From NCBI GenBank assembly GCA_017303895.1, contig JAFLBF010000006.1, positions 78,618 through 142,617 of the forward strand: a DNA stretch of 64,000 bases, read 5' to 3'. Source of the DNA: Bacteroidota bacterium. Its GTDB lineage: Bacteria > Bacteroidota > Bacteroidia > 2-12-FULL-35-15. Positions 1 to 9,730 of this stretch are shown here, piece after piece (the stretch's first letter is position 1; each line of letters starts with the position of its first letter). The position numbers and the translations under genes are program-made. Below the pieces are notes generated by a model. That model had not been told where the DNA came from. It did no database searches and saw nothing but the letters and a program-made list of their open reading frames with translations.

Positions 1-939
1 GGTATAACTCACGTTGAGTAATTCCATGCGTGCATTGGTGTAATAGTAAACATCAGGACCTTTTGCGATGACGTATTGATAGGCCTTGATAGCGATGTCA
101 TACGCTTCGTTTTGAGCAAACAGTTGAGCTAAAGCCATTACCCGGTTTCCTTCTTCTTTCTTTCTTTTGTCGAGTGCTTTTCCTTGTACAAATGCTCCCT
201 CCCAATCTTTTAATTGTATCTGCATCCAGATCAATAACTCTGAAAGAATGGTTTTGTCCGGACTTTTGGAAATACGTTTAAGCAATTCTGTTTTTAGAAG
301 TTCATTTTGCTTGGCATCAGCATCATTTCCAAAACTAGTTTGTAAGGCATTTTGTACACTTTGAATATATGATTCGTTTATTTCAAGTGCATCCAGCAAT
401 TCATTGATCATAGCCATCCTGTCACCTTTTATTTTATATACTTCAGCCAGTTCGAAACTGTAAGGATAGTTTGTTTGAGAGATCTTTCTGCCACGCATGT
501 AGGTGGCAACCGTATGATCATATTGGCGTATGGAGTTAAAAGAGTTGGCCAATGTAAACACCTGATCATCTGTTTTGATCATTTTTACTGCTTGATCCCA
601 TGTACTCTTCGCTTTGTCAGGATCCTCATTTTTAGCATAAACAGTACCAAGATCCACCTGAAAATTGAGTTGTTCCGGATTTTGTTTGATGTGTTTCTTA
701 ACGATCTTTTCTGCCTTTTTGAAGTCTTTAGTTTCCAGTAGACAATTCAAATAGGGTGTATAAAAAAGCTGAGGAGATTTTCTATTATAAAGCTTTTCAT
801 AATAATCCAATGCTTTATCAAATTCTTTGTTTTGATAGAACTGTAAAGCTAGTTGTTCATCTGTGCTTGGTTGTGCAAAACTAATTGCGCTGCTAAGAAC
901 AAATGAACAAATGAAAAGTATGTGTTTGATGTATTTCAA
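1..939 (-). CDS. TPR-repeat protein with an N-terminal signal peptide. The C-terminus lies outside the window, and the start is a TTG at 937-939 that overlaps the stop of the downstream ORF (TTGA).
   Basis: The minus-strand frame is open for more than 310 codons to the window edge. The translation begins LKYIKHILFICSFVLSSAISFAQ (signal peptide) and continues with TPR-like helices (EQLALQFYQNKEFDKALDYYEKLY...). It is absent from the ORF track only because it runs off the edge. Confidence 0.55.
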   Translation of the reverse strand, partial: MKYIKHILFICSFVLSSAISFAQPSTDEQLALQFYQNKEFDKALDYYEKLYNRKSPQLFYTPYLNCLLETKDFKKAEKIVKKHIKQNPEQLNFQVDLGTVYAKNEDPDKAKSTWDQAVKMIKTDDQVFTLANSFNSIRQYDHTVATYMRGRKISQTNYPYSFELAEVYKIKGDRMAMINELLDALEINESYIQSVQNALQTSFGNDADAKQNELLKTELLKRISKSPDKTILSELLIWMQIQLKDWEGAFVQGKALDKRKKEEGNRVMALAQLFAQNEAYDIAIKAYQYVIAKGPDVYYYTNARMELLNVSYT

Positions 940-1235
940 TAGCCTATTATTTCAAGGACAACTGCTTTTGCTTCAATGTCCAATCCGTTACGTAAAGTTA
1001 ATAAACTTCCTGTAACTAAATGCTCCCCATATCCATGTGGTGCATATAAAACGGCAGTCATTACCTCTGATTTGCCAGGTTCAATAGGCTTTTTGAAGAG
1101 TTCTATCTGGCATTCGGTACAGTATTTTTCCGCTCCCTGAAGATAGGCTTGAGGTCGATAAATACCCATCAACTCGTATTTCGCCAAATTTTCGATCAGC
1201 AACTTTACTTTGAGGTATTTTTTGTGATAGAACAT
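936..1235 (-). CDS. Hypothetical 99-aa protein
   Basis: ORF on the same strand as kmo and 66 nt downstream of it. It has one CxxC (CTEC) and an HGYGEH motif. I do not recognise a family. Confidence 0.4.
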   Translation of the reverse strand: MFYHKKYLKVKLLIENLAKYELMGIYRPQAYLQGAEKYCTECQIELFKKPIEPGKSEVMTAVLYAPHGYGEHLVTGSLLTLRNGLDIEAKAVVLEIIGY

Positions 1236-1301
1236 TTATGGTGTATCAAGTATTAGGTATCAAGTACTATGAATTTAAATCCTTGTACTTAATACATTGT
1301 A

Positions 1302-2645
1302 CTAAATACTTTTCAAAATTTCCTTTTCAACTTCTTCGCTATCCCATACTTTTTCAATATCCGGAAATTTAGCCATTACCGCTTTCATGATCTCATCTTG
1401 TCTGTTTCCTGCTTTAAAAGCATCGGAATAGCGGATGTGGCTGAAGGTAACCTGACTGTAAACCGGCATCCATTTGTCAGGGTGTTTTTCTGAAAAGCGG
1501 GCTTCTATTTTCTTTTGTAGTTGGAACATTGGGTCAGCAACATAGTCACGCATCACATGATAGTTTTGTAGTGAAAGGTCTTGAACTCCATCACCATCAG
1601 GTTTGCGAAGGATCTGATATTCTTCAAATACTTTCGGCCAGTCTTCCTTATGTTTTTGCATCAACTCCCACATGACAGTACAGTCTTCAAATCCACAATT
1701 CATTCCTTGCCCATAAAATGGAACAGTTGCATGAGCAGCATCACCCATCAATGCAGTTTTTCCATGTGTCCATGGATAACAGCGGATGATCGCTAATGCG
1801 GATAAAGGATGGTTTTCCCAGGCATCAGCAATATTAGGCATCATCTTATAAAAGTCAGGGAAGGTAGTTTGGAAGAATTCGTTTACATCAGCTTTTGTTT
1901 TTAATCTTTCAAACGATTTCTCTCCTTTCATTGGCATAAAGAGTGTGCAGGTAAATGAGCCATTCTCATTCGCAAGAGCTATTAACATGAATCTGCCACG
2001 TGGCCAAATGTGTAATGCATTTTTTTCCAATGGATAAGAGCCATCACTATTAGCAGGTAATAAGATCTCACGGTATCCGTCCTCAATGTATTTCTGGCTG
2101 TAATCAAATCTGTCAAGTGTTTGCATTGAATTGTAACGCACTGCAGAAAATGCTCCATCAGCAGCAAAAACAACATCAGAATGATATACTTTTTTCTCTT
2201 TTGTTTCGGAGTGTTCAGTATATACGATGCCTTTTTCAAGGTCAACACCTGTGCAACGTTCATTATAGAATATTTGTGCATTGCCAACTTGTTCGGCAAT
2301 GTCCATCATTTTCGCATTCAAGCCGCCACGTGATACGGAGAAGATGGCTTGTCCTTCTTTTCCATAGGGTTGGTAGGATAGATTTCCCTGAAGGTCATGC
2401 ATCATTCGTCCGTACATAGGGATCGCCATTTTACGGATCTCATCACCAACTCCCACTGTGTCCAGTGCTTTCCATCCTCGGGTTGACAATGCAAGATTGA
2501 TCGATTTGCCTGCTGATATATCTGCTTTGCGGATATCCGGTCTGCGTTCTACGATCGTTACTTTGTACCCTGCTTTAGAAAGATATACAGCCCAAAGCGA
2601 TCCTACTAATCCTGCTCCTACAATTGTTGCGGTTTTATTACTCAT
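1302..2645 (-). CDS. kmo: Kynurenine 3-monooxygenase (FAD-dependent)
   Basis: 447 aa. N-terminal FAD-binding GxGxxG (IVGAGLVGSL), a DG motif (FAADGAFS) and a C-terminal GD motif (LMGDAAHATVPFYGQGMN). The overall layout is typical of bacterial KMO, and the gene is adjacent to kynureninase. Confidence 0.9.
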   Translation of the reverse strand: MSNKTATIVGAGLVGSLWAVYLSKAGYKVTIVERRPDIRKADISAGKSINLALSTRGWKALDTVGVGDEIRKMAIPMYGRMMHDLQGNLSYQPYGKEGQAIFSVSRGGLNAKMMDIAEQVGNAQIFYNERCTGVDLEKGIVYTEHSETKEKKVYHSDVVFAADGAFSAVRYNSMQTLDRFDYSQKYIEDGYREILLPANSDGSYPLEKNALHIWPRGRFMLIALANENGSFTCTLFMPMKGEKSFERLKTKADVNEFFQTTFPDFYKMMPNIADAWENHPLSALAIIRCYPWTHGKTALMGDAAHATVPFYGQGMNCGFEDCTVMWELMQKHKEDWPKVFEEYQILRKPDGDGVQDLSLQNYHVMRDYVADPMFQLQKKIEARFSEKHPDKWMPVYSQVTFSHIRYSDAFKAGNRQDEIMKAVMAKFPDIEKVWDSEEVEKEILKSI

Positions 2646-2699
2646 AATGTTTTTTATTTCAAATAAAGTTGAATATTCAAAAATACGAAATGATAAGCA

Positions 2700-3317
2700 T
2701 CATTTCTTTATATATTTATCGTTTAGTCCTTGCTTTTGAATGATCTTTTCTATTGCCTGATTCATTCGTTTAATTTTTGTGCTTTCCTGTTTTGCGCCAA
2801 CTATCCACTGCACATAATCTTTTCTACGTGAATAACTCATCGCTTCAAAATTTTTGAGGGCTTTATGTTTGACCAATAATTTTTTAAAATCAGAAGGTAT
2901 GGTTACCGTTTTGTCTTTTGCCTCTGTGATCTTTAAACCTTTTTCATTATTGATGACCGCTTCCGTGATATATTCGATTAACAACTTTTCATTAATTTGG
3001 TTTACGTCAGTGAACTTTAAATGTCTATTATGCAGATTCCCTTCATTTTTTAATAGAATTTTCTTTTTGTCTTTTAGCAATGCTCCCTGATAAAAAATAA
3101 AAGTGCAATGCTTTTTAAAGTACCAAAAACCACATACCATTCCGTCTTTATAATAATTCGGCCCCCATTTCCAGTCTTCAATAATTCCGGGTTCGGCTTT
3201 AAATATGATGGAACGTAATTTTTTACAAATGGCTTGAGCAAAAGGCTCTGCGTTCGCAATACCTTCATCTATCAGTCGCGATGCATCAGGATTATGTTTA
3301 ACCTTTTTTGAAGCCAT
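2700..3317 (-). CDS. DUF1801 / YdeI-OmpD-associated family protein
   Basis: 205 aa with no signal peptide. Composition and motifs (WKWGPNYY, ...FEAMSYSRRKDYVQWI) resemble the DUF1801 plus YdeI bacteriocin-protection family. It sits between kynU and kmo. Confidence 0.55.
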   Translation of the reverse strand: MASKKVKHNPDASRLIDEGIANAEPFAQAICKKLRSIIFKAEPGIIEDWKWGPNYYKDGMVCGFWYFKKHCTFIFYQGALLKDKKKILLKNEGNLHNRHLKFTDVNQINEKLLIEYITEAVINNEKGLKITEAKDKTVTIPSDFKKLLVKHKALKNFEAMSYSRRKDYVQWIVGAKQESTKIKRMNQAIEKIIQKQGLNDKYIKK

Positions 3318-3324
3318 TGGTTGT

Positions 3325-4593
3325 TTATAATGCGTTTTTTAGAATTTCTCCAAATCGGTATGCATCTTCAAATGAATTATACAATGGAACAGGAGCACAA
3401 CGGATCACATTGGGTTCGCGCCAATCGCTGATCACTCCTGCATCTGTAAGTTTGTTGAATAATTCTTTTCCTCTGCCATGAGCTACAATTGAAAGCTGAC
3501 AGCCTCTTTGTTTTTTATCACGTGGAGTAATGATCTCTAATTTTTTATCTAGGGTTTTATTGATATCATCAATGATGAATTCTAAATAACCGGTTAGTTT
3601 TTCAGCTTTAGCAACCAATGCATCCATTCCCACTTCGTCAAAAATATCCACGGATGCTTTGTGCGCTGCCATCGACAAAACAGGGGCATTGCTCATCTGC
3701 CAGGCTTCTGCTGTTGGCATAGGAACAAAGCCTTTATCCATTTTAAAACGGGTGTTCTTATCATGTCCCCACCATCCTGCAAAGCGAGGAATTTCAGGTT
3801 TGTTTAAATGACGCTCATTGATAAATACTCCGGAAACACCTCCAGGACCCGAGTTTAAGTATTTATAACTGCACCAGCATGCAAAATCAACATTCCAGTT
3901 ATGCAGTTCTAATTTCAAATTTCCTGCAGCATGTGCCAGATCAAACCCAACGAGTGCTCCAATTTTATGCCCCGCCTCTGTAATGGCTTTCATGTCAAAC
4001 ACCTGACCGTTATAATAGTTTACTCCACCGATCATGATCGTTGCGATCGAGTCTTTGTTCTTTTCAATGGCAGCGATGATGTCTTCGTGACGAATACAAA
4101 CCTCTCCTTCACGGGGTGATACTTCAATGATCGCATCATTAGGGTCATATCCATGATATCGAACCTGTGATTCAAGTGCATATTGATCGGATGGAAAGGC
4201 TTTTGCTTCACATAGAATTTTATAACGTTTCTCAGTTGGACGATAGAAGCTTACTAGAAGCAAGTGTAGGTTCACGGTTAGCTGGTTCATCACCACTACT
4301 TCTTCCGGTTTGGCACCTACAATTTTTGCTACCGGTTCCGCGAATTGCTCATGGTATGGCATCCAGGGCTTACGAGCATGAAAGTGGCCTTCCACACCAA
4401 ATGTAGCCCAATCTTCCAATTCATTTAAAATGTAGTCTTGTGTTGCTTTTGGTTGTAAGCCAAGAGAATTTCCGGTAAAATATATTGTTTCGCGACCGTG
4501 CATCATCGGAAAATAAAATTTTTCACGGTAACTTCTTAATGGGTCGATCGCATCTTGTTGTTTCGCAAAATCTAATGTGTTTTCGTAATTCAT
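3325..4593 (-). CDS. kynU: Kynureninase (PLP-dependent)
   Basis: 422 aa. [10 protein letters not shown] near the N-terminus, a class-V aminotransferase fold, and a lysine region ([11 protein letters not shown]) typical of kynureninase. Confidence 0.9.
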   Translation of the reverse strand: MNYENTLDFAKQQDAIDPLRSYREKFYFPMMHGRETIYFTGNSLGLQPKATQDYILNELEDWATFGVEGHFHARKPWMPYHEQFAEPVAKIVGAKPEEVVVMNQLTVNLHLLLVSFYRPTEKRYKILCEAKAFPSDQYALESQVRYHGYDPNDAIIEVSPREGEVCIRHEDIIAAIEKNKDSIATIMIGGVNYYNGQVFDMKAITEAGHKIGALVGFDLAHAAGNLKLELHNWNVDFACWCSYKYLNSGPGGVSGVFINERHLNKPEIPRFAGWWGHDKNTRFKMDKGFVPMPTAEAWQMSNAPVLSMAAHKASVDIFDEVGMDALVAKAEKLTGYLEFIIDDINKTLDKKLEIITPRDKKQRGCQLSIVAHGRGKELFNKLTDAGVISDWREPNVIRCAPVPLYNSFEDAYRFGEILKNAL

Positions 4594-4643
4594 AGCTCTT
4601 TATTTTCTTCAGTATTGGAAGCGTTTATTAACACTCAAAGATA

Positions 4644-4651
4644 TATATTTG
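4644..4651 (+). promoter_or_regulatory. Bacteroidota-type -7 promoter element (TAnnTTTG) upstream of hemL
   Basis: TATATTTG ends 19 nt before the hemL ATG at 4671. Confidence 0.3.
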
Positions 4652-4670
4652 CATGAAATAATTTCGAGTT

Positions 4671-5963
4671 ATGAAAAGAGAAAAATCAGAAGCATTATTT
4701 GAGAAGGCAAAAACCTATTTCCCTGGTGGTGTAAACAGTCCGGTGAGGGCGTTTCGATCGGTTGGAGGAACACCACTTTTTATTCAGAAGGGAAAAGGAG
4801 CACATATTTGGGATGCAGATGGAAATGAGTTTATTGATTATTGTGGTTCCTGGGGACCATTGATCCTTGGGCATGCTAATCCAAAAGTAGTGGATGCGAT
4901 AAAAAAAACAGTTGAAAATGGAAGTTCATTTGGTGCCCCAACAGCATTAGAGAATGAATTAGCAGAATTGATCCTTGCCAATAATAAGTACATTGAAAAA
5001 TTACGTTTTGTGAGCTCCGGAACGGAGGCGGTAATGAGTGCGATCCGTTTGGCAAGAGGATACACAAAGCGAAATAAGATCCTGAAATTTGAAGGTTGTT
5101 ATCATGGGCATAGTGATTCTCTATTGGTAAAGGCAGGATCAGGATTGGTAACATTTGGAAATACATCTTCAGCAGGTGTGCCTGAAGGGGTTGTGAATGA
5201 CACGATTGTGGTTTCATTAAATAATGAAGAGGCCGTAAAACAAGCATTTGCTGAATTTAAAGATCAGATAGCCTGTGTGATCATTGAACCTGTTCCGGCA
5301 AACAACGGTTTGTTATTACAACGTAAGGAATACTTACAATTTCTACGCGATATTTGTACAGAGAATAAAACACTATTGATCTTTGATGAAGTGATCAACG
5401 GATTCAGGATTGGTTTTGATGGTGCTGCAGGCTATTACAAGATCCAGCCGGATATCATTACCTATGGTAAGATCATAGGAGGCGGATTGCCAGTAGGAAT
5501 GTATGGTGCAAGCGCTGAGATCATGGGGCATATTTCACCGGAAGGAGGCGTTTATCAAGCAGGAACACTAAGTGGTAATCCAGTAGCGATGGCAGCTGGA
5601 ATTGCTCAATTAACAGAATGCTTGAAGCCAAATTTTTATCAGGATTTGGAGAAGAAAACAAGTTTCTTGATCGATTCCATTTTCAAGAACCTTTCCACTC
5701 CAATTGCAAATTTTAAAATTTTTCAAATTGGTTCGATCTTCTGGATTGCTTTTACCGACAAAGAATTTGTTCGTTCTGCCGAAGAGATCGATGGCGATTC
5801 AATGAAATATTTTAGAATTTTACACAAAGAATTACTGGAACGAGGCGTTTATTTAGGACCATCAGGATATGAAGTTGGATTTGTTTGTGAAGCACACACC
5901 ATGGATGATCTTGAAAGAACAGCAAAAGCATTTGCTGAAGCATTGGCTGTTGCGATGAAATAG
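4671..5963 (+). CDS. hemL: Glutamate-1-semialdehyde 2,1-aminomutase
   Basis: 430 aa. GGVNSPVRAFRSVGG motif and a class-III aminotransferase with the PLP lysine region (ITYGKIIGGG). Confidence 0.92.
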   Translation: MKREKSEALFEKAKTYFPGGVNSPVRAFRSVGGTPLFIQKGKGAHIWDADGNEFIDYCGSWGPLILGHANPKVVDAIKKTVENGSSFGAPTALENELAELILANNKYIEKLRFVSSGTEAVMSAIRLARGYTKRNKILKFEGCYHGHSDSLLVKAGSGLVTFGNTSSAGVPEGVVNDTIVVSLNNEEAVKQAFAEFKDQIACVIIEPVPANNGLLLQRKEYLQFLRDICTENKTLLIFDEVINGFRIGFDGAAGYYKIQPDIITYGKIIGGGLPVGMYGASAEIMGHISPEGGVYQAGTLSGNPVAMAAGIAQLTECLKPNFYQDLEKKTSFLIDSIFKNLSTPIANFKIFQIGSIFWIAFTDKEFVRSAEEIDGDSMKYFRILHKELLERGVYLGPSGYEVGFVCEAHTMDDLERTAKAFAEALAVAMK

Positions 5964-5984
5964 GAGCATAGTAAACATAAATAA

Positions 5985-6022
5985 AAAGAGCCCGGCTAAA
6001 ATTTTAGCCGGGCTCTTTGTTG
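5985..6022. terminator. Bidirectional rho-independent terminator between hemL (+) and the PiT gene (-)
   Basis: Perfect palindrome AGAGCCCGGCTAAAATTTTAGCCGGGCTCT flanked by A/T runs on both sides. Confidence 0.7.
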
Positions 6023-6033
6023 TTTGTTAATTA

Positions 6034-7689
6034 TTAAAGCGCAATTAAGTTATAGATCCAGAATACTAATCCGCCTAACAAGGCACTGATCGGAATCGTT
6101 AATACCCAAGCCCATAATAAACTTACGGTAACTCCCCAACGAACAGCTGATAGACGTTTTGTAACACCAACACCAATGATCGCACCGGTGATGGTATGTG
6201 TTGTACTCACAGGGATACCCATCTGTTCTGTTAAGAATAATGTAGTGGCACCTGCAGTTTCTGCTGAAACTCCTTCCAATGGAGTTACTTTGGTGATCTT
6301 TGTTCCCATTGTTTTTACGATCTTCCATCCACCACTTAAGGTACCAATACCTATTGCTAAATAGCAGGATAATGGAACCCAATCAGGCATCGCTTTTATA
6401 TCAACAATATCTCCATGAGCGATCAATGCTGCTGCAATGATACCCATTACTTTTTGAGCATCGTTACCTCCATGACCAATACTGAAGGCAGCAGATGAAA
6501 GCAATTGTAATTTCTTGAACATGTTACCTGTTCTAGTCGCAGTCGGTTCTTTGATCTTTTCATTGTAAATGAAAATTAAGCAGAATAATAAAAGTGCTCC
6601 GATCAAACCCCAACGCACGACCTTGTTGTCTGCTTTATCCAATTCTTTGGCAAGATCAGCCTTTGCATCAACAGTTACTGCTTTTTTGAACTCTTTCAAA
6701 TTGTCAGCTCCTACAGGATACTTCGCATTCATTTCTGCTACCATTGAGTCTAATCCAATGTCAAAGAATTTTTTCGCAATTGGTTTTAAACTGTCTACAT
6801 GCTCCTGGGCGACTTCATAATCATGTTTGAATGTAGGGTCAACTTTAGATTTGTTTTTTAACTGGTCTAATTTGTAATACTTTTTTAGACCATCTTCGAT
6901 TTTGCTAATGGTAACTTCTTTCAAGCTTACATTTTTAGCAATTTCTTCTGCAACAGCTTTTGCTCCATTTGATTCATAGCTGGAAAGGTAAGGTGCACAT
7001 AATTTTGCATTTTCTTTAGCTTTCTCTAATTTTTTGATCTTCGATTCATCGTGTTTTACTTCTACCTCATACGTGTATTTGTCAACACGGAAGAATTTTT
7101 TCGCACTCTCGTTTAATTTATCTTCCTGAAAATCGATGAATAAGAACCAAAGCGCTACAGAAGTCGCTAATAGGATCCCTACTTTTAACCATGTTTTATT
7201 TTGAATGAAGATCAATGTAAAGAACATGGAGATGATCATACCGACTACGGGAGCAAGGAAAATAAATGCAACCGTTTTCCCGATCTTTCCGCCATCAATG
7301 ATCTCATTGATAGGCATCATTCCTTTGCTGATAAAGGCATAAGCAAGAGCCGATCCTGCGAAACCACCGATAAGCGTGTGTGAAGAGGAGGATGGGATTC
7401 CGTACCACCATGTTAATAAATTCCAAATGATAGCAGCGATCAATCCGCTGAAGATCACAGGTAAAGTAATAAAGTCGGAATACACCGTTTTCCCAATTGT
7501 ATTGGCAACAGCATGATCCTTGAAAATTAAGAATGCAACGAAGTTGAAGAACGCAGCCCAAAGAACAGCTTGGAATGGTGTTAAAACTTTTGTTGATACG
7601 ATAGTTGCAATAGAGTTGGCTGCATCATGAAATCCGTTAATAAAATCGAAGATCAGCGCTAACGCTATTACTATAATTAATAATGTCAT
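6034..7689 (-). CDS. pit: Inorganic phosphate transporter of the PiT family, carrying a large K/E-rich central hydrophilic loop
   Basis: 551 aa. N-terminal FINGFHDAANSIAT and C-terminal GHGGNDAQKVMGII PiT signature repeats. Hydrophobic TM blocks flank a hydrophilic insert of roughly 180-200 aa. Confidence 0.85.
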   Translation of the reverse strand: MTLLIIVIALALIFDFINGFHDAANSIATIVSTKVLTPFQAVLWAAFFNFVAFLIFKDHAVANTIGKTVYSDFITLPVIFSGLIAAIIWNLLTWWYGIPSSSSHTLIGGFAGSALAYAFISKGMMPINEIIDGGKIGKTVAFIFLAPVVGMIISMFFTLIFIQNKTWLKVGILLATSVALWFLFIDFQEDKLNESAKKFFRVDKYTYEVEVKHDESKIKKLEKAKENAKLCAPYLSSYESNGAKAVAEEIAKNVSLKEVTISKIEDGLKKYYKLDQLKNKSKVDPTFKHDYEVAQEHVDSLKPIAKKFFDIGLDSMVAEMNAKYPVGADNLKEFKKAVTVDAKADLAKELDKADNKVVRWGLIGALLLFCLIFIYNEKIKEPTATRTGNMFKKLQLLSSAAFSIGHGGNDAQKVMGIIAAALIAHGDIVDIKAMPDWVPLSCYLAIGIGTLSGGWKIVKTMGTKITKVTPLEGVSAETAGATTLFLTEQMGIPVSTTHTITGAIIGVGVTKRLSAVRWGVTVSLLWAWVLTIPISALLGGLVFWIYNLIAL

Positions 7690-7731
7690 TGAATAGTAAT
7701 TAAATGGTTGTACTTGTTATGAGTTGATCTA

Positions 7732-8376
7732 CTAGGAATGTTTTACTAGTATAGAACCAATAACGTTTGCTGCATCTTCACATTTATCAGTAGCCGTTTC
7801 AAGCGCTGATAACACATCTTTCATTTTGATTACCTCTACTGCATTTTTTTCTGTTTCAAATAAATTGGCAATAGCCGTATCAAATACATCATCTGCATGA
7901 TTTTCGATGCTGTTGATTCTCACCGTTGCTTCTTTGATCTTAGAGATATTTTTCAAATTCTTTAATTCAACAACTGCAGTATGTAATTCTTCTGAAGATT
8001 TTTGGATCAATTCAGCCAATTTGATAATTGGTGGTGTCATTTGATCTACTTTGTATAGTTCCATTCTTTTTACAGAACCATGGATGTAATCTACAACATC
8101 ATCTACTGATGATACCAAAGCGTGAATGTCTTCACGGTCGAATGGAGTGATAAAGTTGGCACTTAATTCATGAAATGTCTCGTGCGTAATGCTATCTCCA
8201 ACATGCTCAAGGCGTTCTATCTCTTTGTATAGTTCACGTTTTTTTTCCGGGCTACTGGTATTTACTAATTCAACCAACACTTTGGATGTTTGAACTAAGT
8301 TAGAAGATGCTCTTTCAAACAGTGGGAAGAACTTTTTGTCTTTTGGCTGAAAGTATTGAAAAATGTTTAAGCTCAT
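7732..8376 (-). CDS. PhoU-like phosphate transport regulator (DUF47 / PhoU_div family)
   Basis: 214 aa all-helical protein lying 42 nt upstream of pit. The canonical pit–DUF47 pairing supports the call. Confidence 0.8.
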   Translation of the reverse strand: MSLNIFQYFQPKDKKFFPLFERASSNLVQTSKVLVELVNTSSPEKKRELYKEIERLEHVGDSITHETFHELSANFITPFDREDIHALVSSVDDVVDYIHGSVKRMELYKVDQMTPPIIKLAELIQKSSEELHTAVVELKNLKNISKIKEATVRINSIENHADDVFDTAIANLFETEKNAVEVIKMKDVLSALETATDKCEDAANVIGSILVKHS

Positions 8377-8409
8377 TTTGATTGTTTTATGATAATTATG
8401 GTAACAAAA

Positions 8410-8449
8410 GTAACCCTGAAGCCTTTATTAAACGTTTTTGCAGGGTTAC
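8410..8449 (-). terminator. Stem-loop (9-bp stem, 22-nt loop) followed by a U-tract on the minus strand, between the porin and PhoU-like genes. Putative terminator or attenuator.
   Basis: GTAACCCTG ... CAGGGTTAC. On the minus strand it is followed by TTTTGTTACC. Confidence 0.35.
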
Positions 8450-8485
8450 TCTTGTATTAATTTAATGTTAAGGGAATGTTAAGAG

Positions 8486-9730
8486 CTAGAAGTTGAACTG
8501 TGCTTGAAGACGTAAGAGGTTGCCTTTCTGTTTGTTATCTTTTAGCACAGCATCCTCAAATCTTCTTTCTGACATGGTATACATAGCTACAAACTCAAAG
8601 TTTTTGATCGGTTGCCATTCAATTCCCATCTCTAATTCATTTACGGTATAGCTTCTGGCGTCCAACTCATGCTTTTTGCCACCATCATACATTTGATATT
8701 TTACAAAAGGGAAAATAACTTGCTTCTTGATTTTTAGCATATAGTTGATCATGGCATAGCCACCCATTAGGTCTTGTTGCATAACCATATTGCTGTCCAC
8801 ATTGTATTCGGGACCTGTTCCAATGTTGTATTCTGCCTGAAAACCAAATGGTTGTGGGTATAGAATGATGCTTGCGGCAGCACGTTGATCTAAGAATTCA
8901 GCTTTTTCCATAGGAACATTTTTAGACAGGGTAGTAACTACATAATTCCCTGTATAACCTTGGATACCGGCCTCTAAAATTTGACCATTTTTGAACATAA
9001 ACGGATACGTTAGTCTGGCAACCATGTGCTGATTATCATTTGCTTCCGGCTTGTTGGCGGTTTGACCATTGTAAATTCCGAATGCGAAGACACCATAGTC
9101 GCCCGACCCTTTTAATCCATCATTTACAAGATCTGAGAAGCGTTTGCGAATCTTTTTTGGAGCCCAATAAAAGAATACACCTAAGTCACGTTCATTAGCT
9201 ACTGCACTATTGAGCGCATCGTTACGGTCTAATGTTAAACGGTTCTGGCTGGATTGCATATTCTCAAATCCAAAAGGAATTTTACTTTGCCCGAATCGAA
9301 GTCTGAATTCTTTATTTTTATCTAAGGAAAGATCCATATACGCATCTCTTAGCTGTCCAAAGTGCAAGCCGGTTGTAGAAGCAGAGGAAGCAAAGTCGGG
9401 TTGAATGTAAATATAAACACGTTCATGAACATTTCCGTATAGAATTACACGCATACGTCTTAGGAACAAGCCTCCCCCTTTTCCCCATGACTTATCACAT
9501 TGTTCACAATTAAGGTCTGGATTGGTTTCTAAAAAGCGGTTGTAACGGACTTGTGCATACCCTCTTATAGAGATGTTTTCATACCAGTGCTTTTTTGCCT
9601 CTGCCGGTTTGCTCTGTTCTACTGGTTTTGTAGTGATTTCATTTTTGGTAGAATCGGTTTGAGCCTGTGTAGTCAGTAGTCCCGAAAGGACGATTGAGAT
9701 TGTTAAAAAAAGGTGTCCGCTTGTTTTCAT
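8486..9730 (-). CDS. Outer-membrane porin, probably of the phosphate-selective porin O/P family
   Basis: 414 aa with a signal peptide and a beta-rich sequence ending in a C-terminal aromatic residue (…QAQFNF). It sits in a phosphate-gene context. Confidence 0.5.
   Translation of the reverse strand: MKTSGHLFLTISIVLSGLLTTQAQTDSTKNEITTKPVEQSKPAEAKKHWYENISIRGYAQVRYNRFLETNPDLNCEQCDKSWGKGGGLFLRRMRVILYGNVHERVYIYIQPDFASSASTTGLHFGQLRDAYMDLSLDKNKEFRLRFGQSKIPFGFENMQSSQNRLTLDRNDALNSAVANERDLGVFFYWAPKKIRKRFSDLVNDGLKGSGDYGVFAFGIYNGQTANKPEANDNQHMVARLTYPFMFKNGQILEAGIQGYTGNYVVTTLSKNVPMEKAEFLDQRAAASIILYPQPFGFQAEYNIGTGPEYNVDSNMVMQQDLMGGYAMINYMLKIKKQVIFPFVKYQMYDGGKKHELDARSYTVNELEMGIEWQPIKNFEFVAMYTMSERRFEDAVLKDNKQKGNLLRLQAQFNF

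Noticed and set aside
936-1235. The 99-aa ORF downstream of kmo as 3-hydroxyanthranilate 3,4-dioxygenase or another kynurenine-pathway enzyme.
   Set aside because: It is too short for the HAAO cupin (about 175 aa) and lacks cupin His/Glu motifs. It stays hypothetical.
1581-1796. Many short ORFs (60-130 aa) antisense to or nested in large genes. Examples: 1581..1796, 2117..2419, 4838..5247, 6050..6382, 17209..17568, 40243..40464 and 61436..62038 (opposite xth).
   Set aside because: They overlap well-supported long CDSs with recognisable domains. They are Cys/Leu/Phe-rich with low-complexity composition and no start context, so they are spurious six-frame artefacts.
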